A stretch of DNA of 64,000 bases from Amoebidium appalachense (Eukaryota > Protista > Ichthyosporea): the NCBI GenBank assembly GCA_963693365.1, contig CAVNZM010000013.1, positions 6,605,785 through 6,669,784 of the forward strand. The letters are read 5' to 3'. This document shows, in pieces, positions 42,437 through 64,000 of this stretch. How positions within the stretch are numbered: position 1 is the stretch's first letter; the number at the start of each line of letters is the position of its first letter. Position numbers and translations under genes: made by a program. Under the pieces are notes generated by a model. The model searched no databases. It had not been told where the DNA came from and saw only the letters and a list, made by a program, of their open reading frames with translations.

Positions 42437-44181
42437 AGATCGCTCGAGGGGGGGGAGGGCGAGAGGGAGAGAGAGACATAGAGAGAGAGAGAGGGAGGGA
42501 GGGAGGGAGAGAGAGGGAGAGAGGCAGGGGGGAGAGAGGGGGGGGGGGGGGGGGGGGGGAAGGAAGGAGGGAGGGAGGGCGGGAGGGATTGAGGGAGGGA
42601 GGGTAGATTTGGGGAGGAGAGAGAGAAAGAGGGAGAGAAAGGCCTGGGTTCGGGAAGAGGGAGACCCCGGAGAGAAGGGCGTTACCCGGGGGGGGGGGGG
42701 GGGGATGGGGAGGGGACCTGAGAGGAGAGGAAAAGGAAGGCGTAGTATAGGTGAAAGTTTGAGAAGTGCTGGTTGAACACCGCGTCTTGGGTTTATTTCA
42801 GATTTTTTTTTCCCCCTTTTTTTGGGGGGGAAACACTGGGGCCCTGTCTCGGTGCTGCTGCAGGAAGTTTGAAATTTTAAGACGCCAACATGACAAAAAG
42901 GGAAGGAATGTACCGGTAATGGCGGGGAGAAACGCTGGATTCAAGCGCTATGTAGCACCAACTGCGCTCATTTGCTTGCAGTTGATCCAATTATGTTCTT
43001 TTTTCCCCTTCTTGCTCCCCTTCCCCCCCCCTCGGAGTCCCCCCCATTGGCAACCCGAGCAGGCCCTCGACGATATGAAGGATGAAGGATCTATCTACTG
43101 TTCGAAAAGCCTGAGTATGCTTAGAGGATATTGTCATAGATGGTGCACCCCACGTGTTTGGTGATCGTGGTGGTGGTGATGAGCAGGGCAGAGAGAGGGA
43201 GGTGGGTGGGGCAGGGGGGGGGGGGGGGGGGGGGTGGGGGGGCAGAACTTACCATGCATGTGTCTTATGAGCACCATACAGCTGTGCACCGATATACATA
43301 CACACACCTAGCCCATGAATTCTAATACTGTATATGCATCTTTCAGGCCGCACAGTCGAGGAGTGATGGCTTTGCTTTGGGGGGAGGGGGAGGAGGGGGG
43401 GAGGGGGTAAAGAGCGGTATTTAAACCCTGAGTGGACGAGGGGGGTTTTATTACTTCAATTTATTGTTTTGACCACTGAGATGTTAGGGACAGTCAATTA
43501 ATATCATCCATTTGTTCAATCTGCATCCATATGTAGTTGATGACATGCACAATTCGTACTAGCTTGCTTTGGCAGCTATGTAATCCGAGAAGGGCGACCC
43601 AAGTGTGTGCATTACTTAGTCTAGAGGTGTGCGGCAAAGTGTCACACGCAAACTTGTCGAACGGGCATGTGCATAATTTGCGCATTAACATGCACACCAC
43701 AAGGCGAACACGCACGCAGGCACGCGCGCATGCACACACGCACACATTCATGCCCGCACGCACACACATGCTCACACAGGCCCGCACCTACCGACCCACC
43801 TGCCCCCTCACACAAAACACCCACCACACACACGCACCCGTCCATCCGCCTGCCAGCACGTCACCCACCCACCCCAACATGTACATGCCCTGCCCAACGC
43901 CATTCAAAACTATTGGGTGGTTTCTTTCCTTGCGACCCGAAAGTGGAAAAAATCACTTTAAGGAAAAAAAAACTGTCTTTGGCATTCATTCGCACTCAGT
44001 GACATTCAGAATCTGATGTTTTCCCCTAAGAAGTTATTAACCTGCAACTAATTTACGCTTATGGGTCTACAACGGAAGGGAGAGGACAAAGAAAACACCT
44101 CGTGCACAGAGGGGTGTTGGGTTCAACATGCCATGTGCAGTGTTGTGCGTGTGGGGGGAAGTTAAAGAGGTGTGTGTGTGT

Positions 44182-44238
<57 letters not shown>

Positions 44239-44323
44239 TGCGGAAAGGGGGGAAGGATGCCGGGTTTGGGAAGAGTTCCTTCGTCAGTCCCGTCCCCCCG
44301 GGCCCACGCAGGGAGTGATGTAA

Positions 44324-45456
44324 TTATCGACTCCCATTCGTACAAGTGTCTTTAGCCATGGTAGCAGCGTACCGATCCAGCCTGTCAGCCAATGAAATGT
44401 GTCCAGCAAGCCGGGCCAGATCTGCCACTGTGCGACCCTCTGCATCAACCAATCGCAGCTGCCATCCGAGGTCGTGCTCGTGCAAAAGGTACTCGCACAC
44501 GTCACCATGTCCTAATATAGATTCCCGTTAACCATATATGTTTGAAATGTACATTGACTGTTATGCAAGAGGTACCAGATTTGTACGTCACCAGTGCAAG
44601 AGGCGCCACTCGTGTCACCATAGCACAAAAAGATAAGGTACTGCCCAAATTTGGAAGGCATTCCACATCTAAGCTCGTCCCTAATGGCGGTTGAGATCAA
44701 TGAAGTATGGCTCTGACGCCAAATTCGACAACAGGTGGAAAGGAAAACAAAACAGAATCCCATGGCGGTGGTGCACAACCAAAGACGTGTTTCTAAACGT
44801 GGAAATACCCGATTTGGGAGTATTTGCGTGTTTCGTCGATACGGATTCAAATCAGTAATTCAGTGGGCTTGTGAATGCATTATACATGTACAAGCACAAT
44901 TCTCAAAAAATCGGTTGGAAAGAAAAAGGCACAGTAAGGACGACCATGCGGGGAGGGGGGGGGGGGGGGGAGGGGGGGGGAGAGGAGGAAACCAACCCTT
45001 CCATGCAGCTTTGTTGAGTGCTCCGTGGCCCGATGCATTAATGACTTTAAAGTCCTGTTGGCCAATAAAAAGCATCTGTTAAACCTTGCAACGCATCTGT
45101 TAAACCTTGCAACCCCATAACTAGATGCCTAAATGATGAACAATGATGAAGGGTGTGGAGGGACGATATGTGCGTGCCCTTGTCTGCTTGCACGTGCAAT
45201 TTTTGATGTTCGAATGGTTATAATTGTATGAACCGCATAAAACAGGCTACCATTCCTTTACTCACGGTCACGTACATGTATATGATCCCACCGTTTAGTC
45301 TTCGTGTGCTTGCTTCTATGCAGGAGTGCCTATTTGTGTCCGTGCGTGTGTGTGTGTGTGTGTGTGTGCGTGTGTGTGTGTGTGTGCGCGCGCGTGTGCG
45401 CATGTGCTGCGTGCGTGCGTGCGTGTGTGTAGGTGTGTGTGTGCGTGTAGGTGTGT

Positions 45457-45510
<54 letters not shown>

Positions 45511-48500
45511 TTGAATGCGGAACACAGTACGAAGTACGCATACACGATGAGAAGCATGGTGCAGGACACATGCAAAGGCAAACATTCAAGTATGCAGCAT
45601 CAGCCATGCGCACAGTATGCGTCATAAGCAGAGCCCATCCTCAGGGAGGGCCCAAGTCATCAATTGCGTCTGAGTTTCGACCCCTTAGCCCGCGTATATA
45701 CGACGCTCCAACTCAGACAGCAGCATCAACTGAACTTGGGTGGGTCAACCCGTCTTGATCAAAGACGAGCAGGGTTGCTTATGCAAGCAAGGTGAGCAAA
45801 ACGGTGAAGATGTATGTGCAAACTAATGCAGTGCAGCGACAAACGCGTATGTGCTTACAGATGCACGACACAGAGCAACCATGCCCGGTTGCATGGAAGT
45901 AAAGATGTCTGGGGGAGCGGATAACACACTACTCCTTTCCCAGCCAGCCATTTGCACATTTCCAACTGGCCGCCGGCAGCAGCCCAATGCAGGGCACTAC
46001 AGGCGTGGTGGTTGAGTGCATGCAGGGTTAATCCCAGATCGGTGACCAGCCAATCACAAATGGCGGTTTGGCCCTGCCACACGGCCCACATCAGACCACT
46101 GCTGCCTATGGGGTTGGAACAAAAAAAAATAGTTAAAAAAGGAACACATAGGTGGTTTTTAGGAATGCTACGCTCCACTTACCCCCCCCCCCCCCCCCCC
46201 CCCCCCCACCCACCCTTCCCCACCCCTTTCGCCCTGGTGGCCAACATGCGAAGAATTGCTTTCACAAAGGGAGACGTCTTTTTAACAACCCATGAAATAT
46301 CTCCTTCTCTCTCTCTTCTACCTTGCCCCCCCCTCCCCCCCCCCCCCCCCCCCCCCCTCTCTTTCCCTACACAACCACTCATCCACCCACCCACCCACAC
46401 GAAAACACACACACACGGAAATACACACATCCGCGTGCGCACGTGCACTCGCGGAAACGCACACACGTGAAACACACACGTGCACACACACTGTTACGGT
46501 GACACACACCATTGCCTGGTTCTATCTGCTTTCCAACCGATCACCAATTGAATCATCGTCATGCTGAAACCGGCAATCCAAAGAGTTCCAAGGGAAGATA
46601 GAAAAGCGAACGAACAAGAGCGAGTCAGAAGGTTCGAAGGAGAAAAATCAGAGGAAGGAAAGGAAGGAATAGAAAGAACGCAAACCCAACAAACACATCA
46701 TCGAGTTCAAGTAGGAAGTATGTGTAGAAGTGTGAGGGGTTTGTGTTGGTGTAAAGGGGGGAGAGGAGGAGGAGGAGGAGGGGGAGGGGGGGGGGGAGGG
46801 GGGAGGGGAGCAGAGGGACGTAAGAGAGGCCCTCTGGGGGAGGTACTGAACAGAAGAGGGGGAGGGGAGAGGGGTTAGGGATGGGGGTATATGCACCGGG
46901 GGTTTACATCGGAAGAAGACACAACAATCAAGAAATTGAACCCAGGACTAATTAGGCACTTACAAACCAAGCCCCCCTCCCCCCCCCCAACCCACCCACC
47001 CACACACGCACACACATGTACATACACACACACACACACACAAAAGGAACACACGGCGGCGCCGGCTGCCATTAATCCTCCTGCCTTGCCATCCCCTCCA
47101 ACACCTGGGAGAAGAGGAAGGTAACAAACTTTGCGGGAAAGAAGAGCAGAACAGTAGTTCAAATAGACACAAACACAGCTTTGTGATACAACTCAAGAAT
47201 TCAGGTATTTAAATTATACATTAGAATAAAAAATAACCAGGATGTTAAAAATTAACCAGGATGTTAAAAAACTAGAGCACCACGCACCGTCATTCATGAC
47301 TGCCGCCGGGTCTGCTCCGGCCTCCACCAGCCACTTGGCTGCCTCCAGATGGCCGGCCCTGCAAGCAAAGTGGAACGGTGTGCGCTGGTTTTTGTTGCGG
47401 CTGTCGACAGGTATGCCTATGGTGTGCACAAGGTACTTGCACACTGCAGATATAAAAAACGGTTGATTTAGCATTGTTTCATATTGTAACCACGTATAAT
47501 TATGACCATAGCCGCATGCTGCAAAAAAAGAAACTTACACTTGATTTTCTATGGTTCATGCATATGTATAGCAAGCACAGGTTACAGAAAAATACTTTGT
47601 TCTGTCCACAAGACCTACCTACTAGTTTGTGTCGACTCATGCATACCCCCCCCCCCCCCCCCGAATCCAACGTTAAATTGTAGGAAGAAAAATAGGGGGA
47701 CAAAAAAGGAAAAATAACGAACTTAGAAAACAAGTCAAACCTCCAACACCTTTCGACAAACCCCTCCCCTCCCCACTCCCCCTCCTCCATCCCCTCTCCT
47801 GCCCCCCCCCCCCCCCCCCCCCTCCACCCCCCCCACCCCCCCCCCCCAAAAAAAATAATAATAATAATAATAATAAATAGAAAATAAAAATGAAAAATAC
47901 ATGAATAAATAAACTAAAAAAAGCACACACACACCGGCTCACCACCCACGGACCATGACGACACCACCCAATCACCTACTCAAATCACCCCCCCCCCCCC
48001 CCCCCCCGGCCTATCCTCCACCCTCCTCCCCTACACCGTCCTCTCACTACCGCCTCTCCTGCCCCCTGCAGAATGAATAAAGGAAATAAATTTTCTGCTT
48101 ACTTGTGTGTGTGTCTTATGTGCAGTGTGTGTGTGTCACAAGCTCAGTAAGAGAAAGTGAGTGTGACTGTGTGTATTTGTGTGTGTGGGTAAGTACAAGT
48201 ACATACCTACTTGGGTGTGTTGTGTGGTTGTGGATATAAGGATGTGTGTGCGTGCCTAAGTACGGGTGCGTGTGTGCGTACTGTGCGTACGTGTGTGCAC
48301 ATGTGTTGCTCGCAGGTGCGTGCACAAGCAAGGCCATGTTTGGGACTGTGGCGGGGGGAGGGGGGGGGGGGGGGGGGGAGGGGGGGGGGGGGAGGGGGGA
48401 AGGGAGGTGCAACGCGGCTTGCCACCTTCTATGTTGCCCGCGCCAGCCGCCCAATGAAGAGCAATTGACCCATGTTTATCCACTACCCTAAAAACTCGCT

Positions 48501-48786
48501 CCCTGTCCACACTGCCCAACTCCTCAAGTCTCTTCAATTCGTTTTCTTTTGCCATGTATAGTGGGCTATTTGGGTTGCTGATGTTTTCAACCATCAACTC
48601 TTTCCATTTCTTTCTTCGTTCGTTGATGTCATCTACGGCTAATGGGGACTTTGTTTCTTGTGTGTGTGTGTGAGGGAGATCTGAAACGATGTTCACCTCG
48701 CTAGTGTTCTGAAAATGTGCTGGACATGTGGCATTTTGAGATCGATGAGTGGTGTGGGGAAGCTGCTCCTTGCTGTTTATCGCCAT
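44324..48786 (-). CDS. Ankyrin-repeat protein (about 310 aa, 5 exons)
   Basis: Exons 48786-48426, 47443-47288, 46105-~45930, 45054-44997, 44511-44324 with compatible phases. ANK motifs [62 protein letters not shown]. Confidence 0.9.
45509..45861 (-). mobile_element. Dispersed intronic repeat, copy A (probable 5'-truncated retroposon)
   Basis: About 350 bp, near-identical reverse complement of 59665-60016; ends in CATTCAAA followed by a C-run. Confidence 0.8.
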
Positions 48787-49632
48787 TTTGAAGTGCGGTT
48801 GCAGGCGAGTTCAGAACAGAGCAAAAGGGGTGCCTTAGATCTTGAGGTTTGTTGCTTTGGCATTAAATCGCCTTAAAAATAAAACGTGTGTGAGCGTCTA
48901 CGCGTGTGCGTGCGTGTGCGTGCGTGTGTCCGCGCGTGTGTGCGCATGTGCGTGTTAGTGTGCGTGTGCGTGTTCGTCTCTGAGCGTGTCCTTCTGTGGG
49001 CTCCTTCGCGGAATAATGGATAAGAAATGTTCGCGGGTGCTTATGTACGTTTGTGGACTGAGAGAAGAATTTAGTTCCCGAGCACTTCACAGCAGTGCCA
49101 CTGTGGGAGCCAGGTGTATGTATTTGCTTATGTGTGCGTGCGCGCGTGTGCGTGCGTGCGTGTCCACCGCTCGTGTGTTTCCTTGGCAGTGCACAACCTC
49201 GGACTGGCACCGTGTGCCGGCTGTGGCACGACGGTCAGCCTTGAGGTCACCTGAAGGTATTAGGAAGTACAGTGTATCAGTAAATAAATGTATCGTGCCG
49301 GGGTATTTGTAGACTCTAAGCTATATAGGAATGATTCGACTTACTATAGTTTACTACCATATACTTATACATGGGCTCGTTGGGTGGGCCACAATACCTG
49401 GTCCGTATTTCCAAGTTCGCGCGACAACTTTTCAAAGGCAGTGAAGGCTTCGCGTAAAGTAGGCATTATTCTCTGGTGGTATAATAGAGTCGTTATAGGC
49501 CCCGGTTTAGCTTGATAGAACGAATTACAAATTGTCGGTGCTAAGGGTGTGCTTATAGAGAAAGGGTCTGGAAGGGTCACAGAGGAGGGGGGAGGTTCTT
49601 AGAGGTAGAAGAAACACAGGGAGAGAGAGAAA

Positions 49633-63543
<13,911 letters not shown>

Positions 63544-63841
63544 GTGTTTGCACGTGTGTGCATGTGTACGTGTGTGTGTATGTGCGTGAGTACTTGTGTG
63601 TGTGCATGTGTGTACCTTTTGTACGCGGGCAGTGGGCATGTGTGCACACGTTCACACGTATACTTATGTGCGGGTACGTGTGTGTACGTGTGTACGGGCG
63701 GGCTTGTGGTACGTGTGCCTGTGTGTAGGCATTTGTGTACACGTGGTGAGTGTAGTGGCAGTTTCCGGCATGGCTTCTCCTACAAATGTGCTCCTCCCAG
63801 GCCATGGCCCTTTTGGGTTCCTGGAGTTTCACTCACCTATA

Positions 63842-63885
<44 letters not shown>

Positions 63886-64000
63886 GGGGGAGGGGTTTAG
63901 GTGGGGGAGCTTATCTTTAAAAGAAGGAGTTATCTGAGAGCTACGATACATTGCAATGGGTAGTGGATTGGGCAAGTAGACCTGACATTTTCACTTCTAA

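Overview
Eukaryotic genomic DNA with GT-AG introns and an extreme density of (CA/TG)n, (GA/TC)n and G/C homopolymer runs. Most entries in the ORF track are artefacts of these repeats. A unicellular opisthokont-like source is plausible but is only an inference. By hand-splicing with matching intron phases I can build six genes: a BAR-like helical protein (minus strand, runs off the window start), an LRR protein with an LRRC28/58/69-type Cys-rich tail, a Rhesus-type ammonium transporter with a coiled-coil N-terminal extension, an intronless secreted protein with two CBM14 chitin-binding domains, an ankyrin-repeat protein, and LEO1 (runs off the window end). Mobile DNA includes a non-autonomous hAT-like transposon (8-bp TSD), a near-intact two-ORF APE-RT LINE and a dispersed intronic repeat family. 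The most interesting element is a miniature non-coding LTR retroelement (TRIM-like: LTR, tRNA-Lys PBS, PPT, LTR) whose LTRs carry a tRNA-Ala-like sequence with Pol III A/B boxes. Its 3' LTR is split by the LINE. All calls come from reading the sequence by eye; no database search was run.
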